This document shows, in pieces, positions 11,252-26,100 of a DNA stretch of 64,000 nt. Origin of the DNA: Hydrurus foetidus (Eukaryota); NCBI GenBank assembly GCA_900617105.1, contig UYFQ01000723.1:248001-312000 (forward strand). The letters are read 5' to 3'. A model generated the notes under the pieces. That model worked only from the letters and a program-made list of their open reading frames with translations. It did no database searches and was not told the origin of the DNA. How positions within the stretch are numbered: position 1 is the first letter of the stretch; each line of letters starts with the position of its first letter. A program made the position numbers and the translations under genes.

Positions 11252-12300
11252 CTATTGCTCCATCATCTTCTCAGCATTTTCAGCCATTTGTAGCTGCTCA
11301 ATAAATTCATCAATATTACCACCAACAACAGAATCTAAATTGTAACTTGTGTAGCCAATTCTATGATCTGTAACCCTGCCTTGTGGCCAGTTATATGTTC
11401 TAATTTTTTGCACTTCTATCACCAGTACTTACAAGTGTTTTGCGTCTGTGAAATTTCATCTTCATATTTCTAACCTGCTCTTCATATAATTTTGAACGTA
11501 GCATATTCATTGCCTTTTCTCTATTGCCAAGTTGAGAACGTTCTGTTTGACAAACCACCACCACACCAGTTGGAATGTGAGTTAAAATACTTTGTTTCTA
11601 CTTTATTTACGTTTTGTCCACCTGCACCACCACTTCTAGCAGTTTCCATTTTAACATCACTTTCTTTCAATTCAAAATCTATCTCTTCAGCCGGGCATCA
11701 CAGCCACAGTTGCTGCACTTGTGTGCACGACCTTGAGTTTCTGTATTAGGTACACGTTGCACACGATGCACGCCACTTTCAAATTCAATGTTCCATAAAC
11801 ATCTTCTCCAGTTACTTCTACAATTACCTCTTTATAGCCACCAACTGTTCCTTCACTTTCTGTAACAATAGCAGTTTTCCACCCTTTTTACTGCAATAAC
11901 GCAAATACATTCTAATAAATCTCCAGCAAACAAACTAGCTTCATCACCACCAGTTCCTGCTCTAATTTCTAAGATTGCATTTTTATCATCTTGTGGATCT
12001 TTAGGAATCAAAAGTTGAGTAAGATGTTTTTCCAAAGTCTCTTTTCTTTCTTCAAGTTCTGGCATTTCCATTTTAGCCAGTTCTTTCATATCATCATCAT
12101 TGCTGTTCAAGCTTTCTTTTGCAAACTCGTAGTTAGATAATACACTTTTATATTCCTCAAAAGGTATAATTATTTTTTCTAAGGATTTATATTCCTTGCT
12201 CATTCTTCAAACTCCTTTGATTACTAATAATCTCAGGGTTTGTTAATGCAACACCAACCTGGTCGAATCTTGCTTTTATTGCGTCTAATTTATCAATCAT
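11252..12300 (-). CDS. prfA: Peptide chain release factor 1
   Basis: [38 protein letters not shown] (PxT motif), [32 protein letters not shown]. Confidence 0.95.
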
Positions 12301-12459
12301 TTTAAAACGTTATTACGGGCGGCAAAGTAATGGTTGTAAGCCATTGTAAATGGAGCTTGCAAAACTTAGTAGTCAATTTGATATTCTTTTTAATGTTTTG
12401 CCATAATATTTTCTCTTAGTTCTATATATTTGAGAGCATCAAAAGAAAATATTTGTAAA

Positions 12460-12910
12460 ATGAAAAAATAATCGCAACAACTTTAAGCTTTGGTTTTAAT
12501 TACTGCTTGTAAAAAGAGAAAATGCAACAACAGGAAGCTTAGAACTTAGTAGCACCAACATTGCTGGAAAATATAAAACAACACTGCAACAATAACTTTA
12601 TCTGGTTCTACAATTGCTTTTGATTTTTTAATTTAGATGCATATTACGCTCCTTGTAAAGAGATGACATTCACACTTTTACATCTTCTACAACCGTTAAT
12701 GTTGGAACTTATAATTACGCAGATTCTGGTGTTTATTGCACAACTCCACCGGTTGGTCGCACTGGAACTTACACTATAACTCCACAAATCAACTTAGTTT
12801 TGATGGAAGAGCTTATTTAGTTGAAAGCATAACTACAACAGCCTTGGTTATTGGTTTTGATAGTACAGGTGTTGGTAAAGTGAAGCTTACTTTAACAAAA
12901 CAACCATAAA
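12460..12910 (+). CDS. Hypothetical lipoprotein (lipocalin-like)
   Basis: MKK..TACK lipobox, IAGKYK, paired Cys, C-terminal VKLTLTKQP; TATATTTG promoter element upstream. Confidence 0.5.
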
Positions 12911-12928
12911 ATTGTTTTAGAAATAATA

Positions 12929-12959
12929 AAAAGCTGCAAAATAAATCTTGCAGCTTTTT
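12929..12959. terminator. Bidirectional intrinsic terminator
   Basis: AAAAGCTGCAA-loop-TTGCAGCTTTT between convergent genes. Confidence 0.75.
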
Positions 12960-12976
12960 GTTTATGAATATTCCTT

Positions 12977-15900
12977 TTAAAGATTTTCTTTTTCCTCCTC
13001 TTCCACAAACCCAATAGCCAATTCATTTGACTTAACAAAATTGCACCACTTGCAATCTTCTTTACCACAGCCAGTATAAAAATCTTTTGCTGAATCTTTT
13101 GCCAGGTTGATTTGATTTGCTCTTTAACGGTAGTGATATCTGATGGAGAGATGACTATTTTCTCGCTGATATTGTTTCTTTTCATCGGGTTCAATAAAAT
13201 CAAACTCAGTGCTAATCACCTTCCAGTTAGGATTGGATGGATTGTTATCAATTAAGATTTTATAAAACACTGCCGACGCCAGTAATCGCCACCATTAGAT
13301 TTACTTTGTCATTGGGTGAATCGAAGGTTTTCTTCTCTCTTTTTAGCTTTATCGTAGTTGCCGGTTTTATAGTCAACAACATTGATAGCAGTGCCATCAA
13401 ACTCAAGCTTATCAAGCTTTCCACGATAGGAATAGCATCCACAACATTTCTGATATTTCTTTCGGTTGTAACTATTTTATTAAAAGTGTTGATGTACTTA
13501 TCGTAGTAGTTAGGCAAAACCTCACTGCCATATTCTAATCTTCTTGCAAATTGCTCTTTGGTAAAATTCTCTGTGCCTTTGCAAATACCAGTTAAAGTCT
13601 GACAGAAAAACATCTTTACCCGGGAACACACTATTGTTTGCCTGCATTTTTTTAAACAGTTGGTCAAGGGCGTGATGCAGCACTGCCAAATTCTGTTGCT
13701 TCGTTTCTACCGAAGGAACACGAACAATATTATTGTAATAAAACTGCAAAGGACATTTTAAATAATTGTTCAATGCAGTTACATTCATTACAAATTTGTC
13801 AATGATAGGGGCGACAAAATCTTCTTCAATTCTATCCAGTTGTGGTTTGGCATTGGTTGCAAATTGCAACAAAGTAAAGTCAACTTTATCCGTCTCATCA
13901 ATAACTATTGAAGTAGCAAGAATCTTATATGCATCCTGAATTTCGGCAATAAACATAGAAGGCTCTGTTACTTTTCCATCCTCTTTATTTTGCGAATAAC
14001 TAATGATTAAATGCTTTGCAGCCCTTGTTAGTGCTACATAAAACAATCTTCTTAATTCCTCTTCTGCTTGTTCGTCACCAGCAGCACTTGTTGCAGCCTG
14101 AAAACAGTATCGGGTAATTTGTAGCCATTGTTGGGTCTTCGCTTTTTCCCAGGTACCTGCATTGGTGCCAGCTATAAACACATATTCAAACTCTAAACCC
14201 TTACTGCCGTGAGCCGTTAATAAATTAACACCTTTATCTGTACCACTGATTTCTATTAGGGGCAATGCTAAACCTTCATCTTTCATTAATGCCATCATAC
14301 TCACCAGCTGCATCAATGATAAGCTTGTATTCCTTGAAGTTTCATTTTAACAAAGTCAAACAAGCCAGTAACAACCTTCAATAAAAATGTTTGTTATCAC
14401 TCAGCATTATCTGGGCCAGCAATCCTGTTTGGGTAATGATTTTTCAAGAACAGTTTGAATGGTTTCATTACTTACATCAGCAATTAACTGTTCAATCGTT
14501 GAGGATGCGTTCTTCAGTTCTTTACCAATTCCATTGGTGTTGAACAAGTCTTTTGCTGGAGCATTGGCTTTGGTGAAAAGCAACTCTCTGATAGAGGTTT
14601 TATTATCGCCAAATTGTTTTGCTGCCACTTCCACACTTAGTTTGGCAATATCAATGGGTTTAATATTCCAGAAACTGAAATGAAATATCTCAAACAACAT
14701 TTCATCACCCTCATAAGGTCTGTCGTGCTCAGCAGCTAAATACTCCAGCAGCAAAATAATCTGTTTGGCAATAGGCTGATTGAATATGTTTAACTGACGC
14801 TTGCTGTAGTATGGAATCTGCTTTTGTTTAAAGAACAAAGCCAGTTCTTCGCCATACTTATTTTCTTTATAAATAACAGCCATATCTTTTGGCTGAACAC
14901 CATTACTGATGAGCTTTTCAACCTGCAGTGTTATATAAATCAGTTCATCTTTAGGATAAGCACATTCAACAATTTGTGGTTGAATGTTCAGTTCAAGTAA
15001 AGCTTCATTAGCTGTAACTATATTCTTACTTAAGTTAGGAATGGAGTTCACCAAACGCTGCGAGTTTTATCAATAATGGTTTTGAAATATCCAGTATGGG
15101 CTGAACCGAACGATAGTTATTGGTTAATACAACTGTTTGCAATTGCTCGCTAAACAGGTTGGCAAAACCCAACATATTCTCAACATTCGCTCCCCGAAAA
15201 CGGTAGATACTCTGGTCATCATCTCCCACAACAAAATACTTTCGGTATAATCTGGCTGATACAGCAGATTGATAATTTTATTCTGTGTACCACTGGTATC
15301 CTGATATTCATCTACCAGAATATGATTGAATTTGCTGGAATAATTATCCAGTAAATCGGATGTTCTTCAAAAGCTTTTATCACCCAGTTAATCATATCAT
15401 CAAAATCATACAGGTTCCTTTTCTTCATTAAGTTCTGGAAATTATCAAACTCATTGATGGCAGCACGCAGCTTTTCATTCGCTCCACTTCTTCATCAATC
15501 TTATTTTGTTTTAAATCTCCGGCAGCAAATTCTTTGTACTTCTTCTTGTAAATAAATTCATCTCTTGTTGGCAGGTCAGCGATATATCTTTCAATACAAT
15601 CCAATAAAAACCTGTGCTCCAACCTCACGCTTCATATTGCTGAAAAGGTTTTGCAGATTACCTATTTCATATACACATCGCCCTGTAACGCTTTTATTGG
15701 ATTGTCTTTCTTAAAGCATCAATCAGTTCTTTAAACAATTCAATCTTCTCTAAATCACTGACGGGGTTTAAAGAAGTTTTCTCAAACAAGTGCAGATTAT
15801 CCTGTATCACATCATTACAAAATGAATGAAAAGTGTGTATGTTCACTTTATACGCATCAGACCAATAAACCCAGCAAACGCTTACGCATAGCCACAGTTC

Positions 15901-16114
15901 CAGCATCTGTATAAGTTAAGCAAAGAATGTTCTGAGGAAGTGTATCAGTTTCTAAAAGAATCTTTCCAATTCTGCTCCCAGTATTTGTGTTTTACCAGTA
16001 CCAGGCCCGCAATTACCATCACAGCACCAGTGATGGTATCAACTGCCTGCTGTTGTTGTGCATTCAGTTTGCTGTATATCTCTTTAAACTTCTCAGTTGT
16101 TTTTCGTGAGTCAT
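12977..16114 (-). CDS. UvrD/PcrA-family ATP-dependent helicase with C-terminal PD-(D/E)XK nuclease
   Basis: GPGTGKT, LVDEYQDTSG, VGDDDQSIYRFRGAN, NNYRS, LTAHGSKGLEF, EELRRLFYVALTRA, NYLKCPLQFYY, VDYKTG. Confidence 0.9.
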
Positions 16115-16202
16115 AATTACCGTTTAATCTTTTCTGTTCAACAGAATAAGCAACAAATCTAAATAAATTGAAAGTCTGATGACGAACAATGATTCATTCG
16201 TT

Positions 16203-16210
16203 TACTTTTG
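16203..16210 (+). promoter_or_regulatory. Bacteroidota -7 promoter element
   Basis: TACTTTTG upstream of the GH97 start. Confidence 0.5.
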
Positions 16211-16234
16211 AGGAGTATTTTCAAAATCTACGAT

Positions 16235-18304
<2,070 letters not shown>

Positions 18305-18314
18305 AATCAACAAA

Positions 18315-18343
18315 AACAACCCACGATTTAATTGTGGGTTGTT
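18315..18343 (+). terminator. Hairpin after the GH97 gene
   Basis: AACAACCCAC-loop-GTGGGTTGTT. Confidence 0.65.
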
Positions 18344-18386
18344 AGCAATTGGTAACAAAAATAACAAACTAGTTTCTCATCAACCC

Positions 18387-18394
18387 TAAATTTG
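18387..18394 (+). promoter_or_regulatory. Bacteroidota -7 promoter element in front of the carB half-gene
   Basis: TAAATTTG, followed by an AT-rich leader and ATG at 18410. Confidence 0.6.
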
Positions 18395-18409
18395 CCAAAT
18401 TTCTTAATT

Positions 18410-19598
18410 ATGGGCAAAACACTTTCTAGCAAACGAATCTATCCCTTCAAACAGAAAAGATTATTGTATTAGGTAGTGGCCCAAACCGTATTGGACAGGG
18501 CATTGAGTTTGATTATTGCTGTGTACACGGTTTATTAGCCATTAAAGAATCTGGCTACGAAGCAATAATGGTAAACTGTAATCCAGAAACAGTTAGCACC
18601 GATTTTGATATTGCTGACAAGCTTTATTTTGAACCTGTTTTCTGGGAGCATCTTTGGGAAATTATAGAGTTGGAACAACCGAAGGTGTGATTGTTCAATT
18701 GGGTGGACAAACTGCCTTAAAACTTTCTCGCAGGTTACATCAAAAGGAATAAAATCATTGGCACATCTTTCGACAATATGGATATTGCTGAAGACCGTGG
18801 TCGTTTTAGTGACTTATTGAAAGAACTTGATATTCCCTATCAAATTATGGCACTGCTTACACTGCTGAAGAAGCTATAGAAGTTGCCAATAGTGTTGGTT
18901 ATCCAGTGTTGGTTCGTCCAAGTTATGTGTTGGGTGGACAAAGAATGCGTATTGTGATTAATGATGATGAAGTTGAATCTGCTGTGGTTAGCATTTTAAA
19001 CATATTCCCGAAAATAAAATTCTGATTGACCATTTCCTTGACCGTTGCCAAGAAGCAGAAGTGGATGCCATTTTGATGGAGAAAACTTTCACGTAATGGG
19101 TGTGATGGAACATATTGAACCAGCTGGTATTCATAGTGGTGATAGCAATGCTGTATTACCAGCATTTAATCTTACCCCATTGATTGTGGAAACAATGGAA
19201 TATTACAGCGAAAAGATTGCAAGGGCATTAAATATAAAAGGCTTAATCAATATACAGTTTGCTATTAAAGGTGGTAAAGTATATGTAATTGAAGCCAACC
19301 CAAGAGCCAGCAGAACCACGCCATTTATTGCAAAAAGCTTATGGTATTCCCTATTTAAACATTGCAACCAAAGTAATGTTGGGTGCTAATAAACTTACAG
19401 ACTTTACAATGGAGAAAAAGCTGGAAGGTTATGCCATTAAAGAACCTGTGTTTAGCTTTAATAAATTTCCAGGAGTAAATAAAGAACTGGGACCTGAAAT
19501 GAAGAGTACCGGTGAAGCGATTCGCTTTATAAAAAGACCTAAGAGACCCTTACTTTAGAAATTTATACAAGGAAAGAAGTATGCACTTGAGTAGATAG
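18410..19598 (+). CDS. carB: Carbamoyl-phosphate synthase large subunit, C-terminal ATP-grasp half only
   Basis: [100 protein letters not shown]; no N-terminal half upstream. Confidence 0.9.
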
Positions 19599-19624
19599 GT
19601 TGATTACTACTAACTGATTATAAT

Positions 19625-19654
19625 ACGAGCTTGTTTATTACAGGCTCGTTTTTG
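19625..19654 (+). terminator. Intrinsic terminator
   Basis: ACGAGCTTGT-loop-ACAGGCTCGT followed by a T run. Confidence 0.8.
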
Positions 19655-19660
19655 TTTTGA

Positions 19661-19753
19661 TAGGGCTTTATAGGACTTAGGTAGGGCTTATATAGGGCGT
19701 TACTAGGTAGTCGTCGGCTTTAGGTGGGAGTATCGTGGGGTTAGGTGGGAGTC
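19661..19753. repeat. G-rich degenerate repeat with ~10.6-bp period (9 units)
   Basis: TNGG cores at 19661, 19671, 19682, 19693, 19704, 19714, 19725, 19736, 19746. Confidence 0.7.
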
Positions 19754-19946
19754 TCTACGACTTGTCTTGTACTGAAAAACTTTACACTAATTGAGATGAT
19801 TACGATTATAGCTTTCCACTTGTTTTACTTATTATTGCTAAATATTATTAACCATAGCAATTAGTTAGTTTTATTTTAAATCTAGAAAAATACACAGCCG
19901 ATTTGTTTACAAAGGAAAAAGTGAAGAAAACTAAAAAGAAATAATT

Positions 19947-20354
19947 ATGAAACTTTGTTGTTTAAATACTACTGATACAATTAGTCTATTTGCTCTTTTT
20001 GATAAGTATTTTGCTTTAGCTGCAACCCTTCGGAAAAGAGTTTGGTACTTTTTTTGTGTTCCTTTAACTGAAGAAATATATAAAAATGATATTTGGCTTA
20101 AATTGATTAAATCTGATGTTTATGACATTAGTATTATAATAGAAAATAGTTCTAAATATAAGTGCAGGCTTAATTCTTATTATCCAGATACTGATAAAGA
20201 TTTGGTTGTAGCTTTTCTTGATGATTTGAATTGTAATTGTCAAATTGGGCAGCTAAAAGCAAATACAATTCTAAAGTTTACCAATTGTGGTTCCTCAAAA
20301 TTAGTATTACTTATTATGATAAATATAATAATAAATACACGCAATCTTTATTGA
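19947..20354 (+). CDS. Hypothetical AT-rich protein
   Basis: 135-codon ORF with no recognisable motif. Confidence 0.35.
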   Translation: MKLCCLNTTDTISLFALFDKYFALAATLRKRVWYFFCVPLTEEIYKNDIWLKLIKSDVYDISIIIENSSKYKCRLNSYYPDTDKDLVVAFLDDLNCNCQIGQLKANTILKFTNCGSSKLVLLIMINIIINTRNLY

Positions 20355-20422
20355 AAATGTTTTATCAAAAGATGTCATTCTAACTTTATAATTTAACTTT
20401 TGTTGGTTCATAATTTCTCAGC

Positions 20423-20463
20423 TTTTCGCCGTTTCGCCCTTGTTGGTGTTCTTCACCAACAAG
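20423..20463 (+). repeat. REP-like palindrome, copy 1
   Basis: CTTGTTGGTG-TTCTT-CACCAACAAG preceded by TTTTCGCCG; related copies near 43429 and 43593. Confidence 0.75.
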
Positions 20464-20629
20464 TTTAATTGATATACTATAGCTAAATACTTGTTGACCA
20501 AAAGACAGCATCTGCACAAGTATTATTATGCTTTGAGCATTTTTTCGCCCTCATACTTTTGGGTGATTTTTAAAATGAAGTTAAACTAGAGTTTTATGTC
20601 GGGGTCTTCTGCACATAAAACAATTAGTT

Positions 20630-23060
20630 ATGAAAAATGTATCATCATCATTGCTGTATTCTTTCTTCATCGGTTTTTGCAACCAACTATTATTTCAGCA
20701 ATGCTGGCAACGATAGTAATGCTGGCACAAACCCATCAGCTCCATATAAACAATAGACAAATTAAACACTTTAGTACTTGCTGCTGGTGATAGTGTTTTG
20801 TTTTGTTGTGGCGATATTTTTCGTGGGCAAATTAATGTTACTGCAAGTGGTAATAGCAGCAACTATATAGTTTTTGCAAGTTATGGTAGTGGCAATAAAC
20901 CTGTTATCAGTGGAGCCAATACAATAAACAATTGGGTGCTTAATGGCAACAGATACGAAGCTGTATTGACAACAAAACCCAACAACTTTTGTGAATGATA
21001 AGAACAGGTTATTGCTCGTTATCCCAACAATAATCAGTATTTAACTTAGACTCTGCTCAAAAATTATTTAAAAGATGCATCATTAAGTAGTGTTTCATCA
21101 AACAATTTTACTGGTGCCTGGGTGTGTGCATACTGCACAATGGTGCTGGGAGAAATCGGCTATTTCATCTTTACAGGTACTAATAAAATTGCTTATAAAA
21201 CACCAATGCACTTGGCAGCTATTAATAATTACGGCTATTTTATTTACGATAATATTAACCTGCTTGATACTGCCAATGAATGGAAGTATGACAGTGCTGC
21301 TGCTACCATTTATTATATTCCATCAAATGGTGTTAACCCCAATAATCAAAGTTGCGAAGCTGCTATATACAATAATGGCATAGCCATTAACAATACAGCA
21401 TCATACATTGTTATCAGCAATCTTCAATTTGAAAAACAAATGAATGCAGGCGTTTTATTAGTAATAGCAATAACAGATATATAAAATTAGTGACTGTGTT
21501 TTTGCTCGTCAGTACAATTATGGTTGTAGTGATAAAGGCAAATTCAATGAAATAAGCTATTGCAACTTTAGAGAAATAGATGGCATTGCAATGTTTGTAA
21601 ATGGAGGTGGTGGTAATAGTACTATTCATCATAATAGCTTAACCAAAATAGGCTTGGTGAGAAACAATGGTATTGGACAAGAAATTAATGGAACTGCTGT
21701 TAAGGTTGCTTTTGGAGATAGTTGTTTGATACACCATAATACTGTTGATAGTGCAGGTTATTGTGGCATTTCGGTAGATGGAACCTATAATACAATAGAA
21801 AAAATATTATCAGTAATGTAATGCTTTGCAATAATGATGGTGGTGCTTTAAAAAGTTTTGTGGTGCTTCTCATCACAATATTTTTCAACATAATTTTATT
21901 ACAACAAGCGATGGTAATAAAGATGGTACTTATCAGCAAATTTTATAACTCCAGCTATTTATTTTGACTTTAATGTTAACAATAGCATCATTAAAAACAA
22001 TACTGTTTACGGTAGAACACAAAAGGTATTTTCAAAATGCAGGCGATAGTTCAAATACCATAGAAGGAAATATTATTTATGGAGCAAATACCAGCATAGA
22101 CCTTAACAGCAGCAACTTACAGCCTACCCTTATAAAAATATGAATATTAAAAAGAATGTATTTTGGTTGAAAATAAATCAGATTATATCTTCAGACAAAT
22201 AGATACATCGGGCAATTACAACTATGGCAATATTGATAGTAATTATTATTTTCAGCCATACAGTAGCGTTGATAGTTTGCTTTATAGATTAAATGGATTG
22301 CAACTAAAACCATATAGCTTTAGCAACTGGCAAGCAACAGGTAAAGATGTGCATACAATAACCAATAATTTTAGATGGGCTGTTGGTACAGATAGTTCTG
22401 CTATATTTTTAAATGCCACAGATAATGAAGTTGCTCAAAACCTGCAAGGCTTTGTGTGGAAGGATTTGGATGGCAATATTGTTAGTAGCTTAACGCTGCA
22501 ACCTTGGACAAGTAAAATACTTATTAAAGCTGCTACACTATTGCCTATTGCTATAAGCAGCTATGAAGTAAAACTAAATACAACAAAGCAAGTTGTAAAC
22601 GCTTGGTCTGTTGCTAATGAAGTGAACTTAAAGCAATATAATATTCAACGCAGTAGTAATAGAAGCAGTTTTGAAACAGTTGGAACTGCTGCTACCAAAG
22701 GAATTGAGCATTATGAATTTACTGACAATATTCAGAACATAAACTCAAACATATTATATTATAGAATTGAAATGGTTGACTTAAATGGAGTTAAAAATTA
22801 TAGTGAAGTGAGGCAAGTAGTAATTAGTAATGAGCAATTAGCAGTTAGTATTTATCCAAACCCTGTGCGTAATGAATTGCACATAAATATTGATAGTAAA
22901 GCAACACTTAAAATATACAATATTGCAGGCAAGAAATTTACAATAAGCACCTTAACACAAGGTGATAATAGCATTAATATTCAACAACTATCGCAAGGTG
23001 TTTATATTGCTGTTATTGAAACTGCAAATGGAGTTGTTACTAAAAATTGTTAAGGAATAA
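20630..23060 (+). CDS. T9SS type A cargo with right-handed beta-helix (pectin-lyase fold) domain
   Basis: Signal peptide, TNYYFSNAGNDSNAG, GD.FRG..YGSGNKPVISG, Asn-rich beta-helix repeats, NDGG, LPI-linked Ig domain, CTD IYPNPV..LSQGVYI. Confidence 0.85.
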
Positions 23061-23132
23061 ATAGGTTTGAATTGATGATTTGTTAGATTTCGTTTTTCTT
23101 TAATAGCTACAAAAAGTTTAGCTATCATTCAA

Positions 23133-23170
23133 TCAATAAAAGGCTGTGTTAAACACAGCCTTTTTATTGA
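23133..23170. terminator. Bidirectional intrinsic terminator
   Basis: TCAATAAAAGGCTGTG-loop-CACAGCCTTTTTATTGA between convergent T9SS cargo genes. Confidence 0.85.
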
Positions 23171-23186
23171 TATTATTTTATACAGA

Positions 23187-26100
23187 TTATCTAACCAAAC
23201 TAAACAATCCTTTTTGTTAATCACTTTTCCATCGTTCAGTGTAATATTAACAACATAAACATAAACACCAGATGGTTGTGTTTTACCAAATGCATTACCA
23301 TCCCAGGTTTCGTAGCAACCATTTGCATTATATACTGGGTTATTTGTTTCAAATTTTCTCACCCATTGTGTAAATACCATAAATCTAACAGTCTTAGCAT
23401 CGTAACCACAAACTACTAATTTTTCATTTGGCCCTTGTCCATTGGGTGTAAATGCACTAGGTATAAAGAAATCGGTAGATGCAAGTTTTGTTTTCCTTCT
23501 GCACAAGCAGTATCTCCAGGGCAATTGCCTAATACTTTAACATAAATCATACACTGTATTTTGCGATAATCGAGTAAGCACGTGTGTTGTTCCTGTTGCA
23601 CCACTGCTTGGGCTACTCCATATAGCACCACCATTTGTTGATACTTGATAACCTGTTGCATTAGCAACTGGTGCCCAATCAAATGTTAATGATGTTGTGG
23701 TTGTTGCAGCAGTATTTAATGTTACAACTGGTTTAGCTAATTTATCTTGAATAACAATTTGTTTGTTATTGAATCTGAGCAGAAGTCAGCAGCACTAAGT
23801 GCATAGTGTAAACTTGTTTTCAATTTAACATTAAATGTTCCAGCAGCCGTGTAGGTTAAACGTAGCGTAGTTGTTGTTGCTGTTGAGTTTGCAGCATCTC
23901 CAAACTCAGTTCCACTTGGTATCAATAGTAGCATTGATTACTTTACCAGTAGATGCATCTGTAAACACTACAGCACTATTAATACATTGTGGGGTAGAGA
24001 AAGTAAAGTCTGCTTTAACGATGAATTGGTTGAACAATATCATAAGAACCACTTAAACAACCAGCAGTAGATTGAATTGAAACCGAAACAGTATAGCCAG
24101 TTATTACATTAGCTGTGGTAAATGTATGTGTTACTGTATTTGTAGTTGTAGTATCTTTTTACCATCTCCAAAATCCCAGAAATATTTGCAATAGTTCCTA
24201 AAGATGTTGATGCAGTTGCAGTGTAAGTAATACTTCTGCCAACACAACCTGGGCCAGCAGGATTAGAGGTCAAATTACTGGTGGCCCATTATAAACACAA
24301 CAGTAACAGTAGTGTCTTTGTAACAACCAATAGCGTTTATAGCCCTTAGCTTAACATCATAATTACCTGCAAAACCATAACTAATTGTAGAGTAGAATCT
24401 GTTGATGTTGCAACAGGTGTAAATCCAGAAAAAGTCCATTCTCTGCCAACCATTCTATAACCGTTTTTATCATAAGATGAATCTGTAAAATTCAACATTG
24501 TTGGAAGACAAGGACTGTAATCTAACAAGAAATGAGGTGTTGGAGCAACAACTTTAACACTAAAGTAATTGTTTGAACGCCAAACCATCTGCATTGGTAG
24601 CATTTACTGTAATATTAACAGGGAAAGTTCCGTTGATGAAATGATATGTTGTTGGCAAAGTGAATTTATACAATTTAACACCACCAACAATTGATGAATC
24701 TGTAGGAACTGGATTAGTTACCAAACAGTATCACTATTTGGTTGCTGAATAGTATTGTTAAAGAAACATTTCATTGAAAATGGTTTGTATGGCAAAGAAA
24801 CTGTGTATTTAAAATCATTATCTAAACATTTAGATATGACGCTATCATTAGACACATTGTTGTAGGTATTCTGAACACTCAAGTATTGGCTTAATGCTTT
24901 AATATTTGTTCCCATTATAACCATAGCTTTATTATTACTTGTGTTTGAAAATCCATAAGCAAATGGCATTAAAAGCAACATCTGATTGTCCTCATGAGAA
25001 GTGCCATTAAGAATCAGAAAATACTGCATAGCTATAATTAGCGTCTGCAGTATGTGTGCTAAACGCCGCAGCAGCATTTACACCATCAACAAAAACTTGC
25101 CACTCCAGCATTTGGTATAATTACATTAACATACTATGAATACTGTAATTATTGGTTGAATAAACAGTAACATCATTGATCGCTTGTTGCACTGGGCTGA
25201 TAATTACCATTTCGGGATCTCCATTATCTCCTGTACTTGATGTGTTGGGATACCAGTTCCATTACATCTATTTGTTGCACAAAATTGAGCAACCATTACT
25301 GGTTTGTCACTTACAATTTAGTAATGTATCTGTTTCTATGGTGTAAGCGTTTTGAACCAAACCTGTTAAAGTAGTTCATTTATTGTAACAACAGTTGCAG
25401 GGTCACTAACAATTACTTTATATAAACCAGCTTCCATATCTCTAAAAGGTGAAGTTAAATACTTGGTTCCCTGCTTGCTTAGGAAACATTTGTTGTAAGA
25501 AATTATCGCTACCACCACTAGTTGGTGTACAACTACTAACAAATAACTGAACCCTTCCATTACCAGTAAATAAAGTAATTTTTGTTGTACTCTTGATACA
25601 ACTGTAGTTCCTGTTAAATCATTTCCAATGCTTGAAGTAGCAATTTGCCCAAAGCATTAAAAACATCACCTTATTTAAAGTTACAGAAAAAGGAACCCAG
25701 CAGGATACAAAACTGTTGTGCCATTAGCCGTTGCTGTAATATCATCAAGAAGGAACAATATCAACTATTGTATTATCTTCAGCTGCTTGAACATAGAAGA
25801 ATGAATGTGGCACACCACTATTAGTTTTTCCTCCAACTGTTAAAACAGAATAATTAGAACCCGCTAATTAATGATGGTTGGCACCAGAACTTGAACTTAA
25901 TAAATGTCTCCCGCACAAAGAAAAAGGAACACCATTGCTATAAACGTGAATACCACGAGGCAAAAACACCTGTGCATTTAATCTTGAATCTTTGAGCTCC
26001 AGATTTTGGTAACGTGAAACTAACTGTTGCAGTATTTGTAACGCATATTATAAGTTTGAATGTAATAATTAGCATCAGTTGGTTTTCCCATTTCAACAGT

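Noticed and set aside
11252..12300. Programmed frameshift as in prfB
   Set aside because: The PxT motif identifies RF1, and its frame breaks look like the window-wide indel noise.
12977..16114. Novel helicase-nuclease defence system
   Set aside because: UvrD plus PD-(D/E)XK fusions are ordinary repair-type proteins and no defence-associated partner gene is adjacent.
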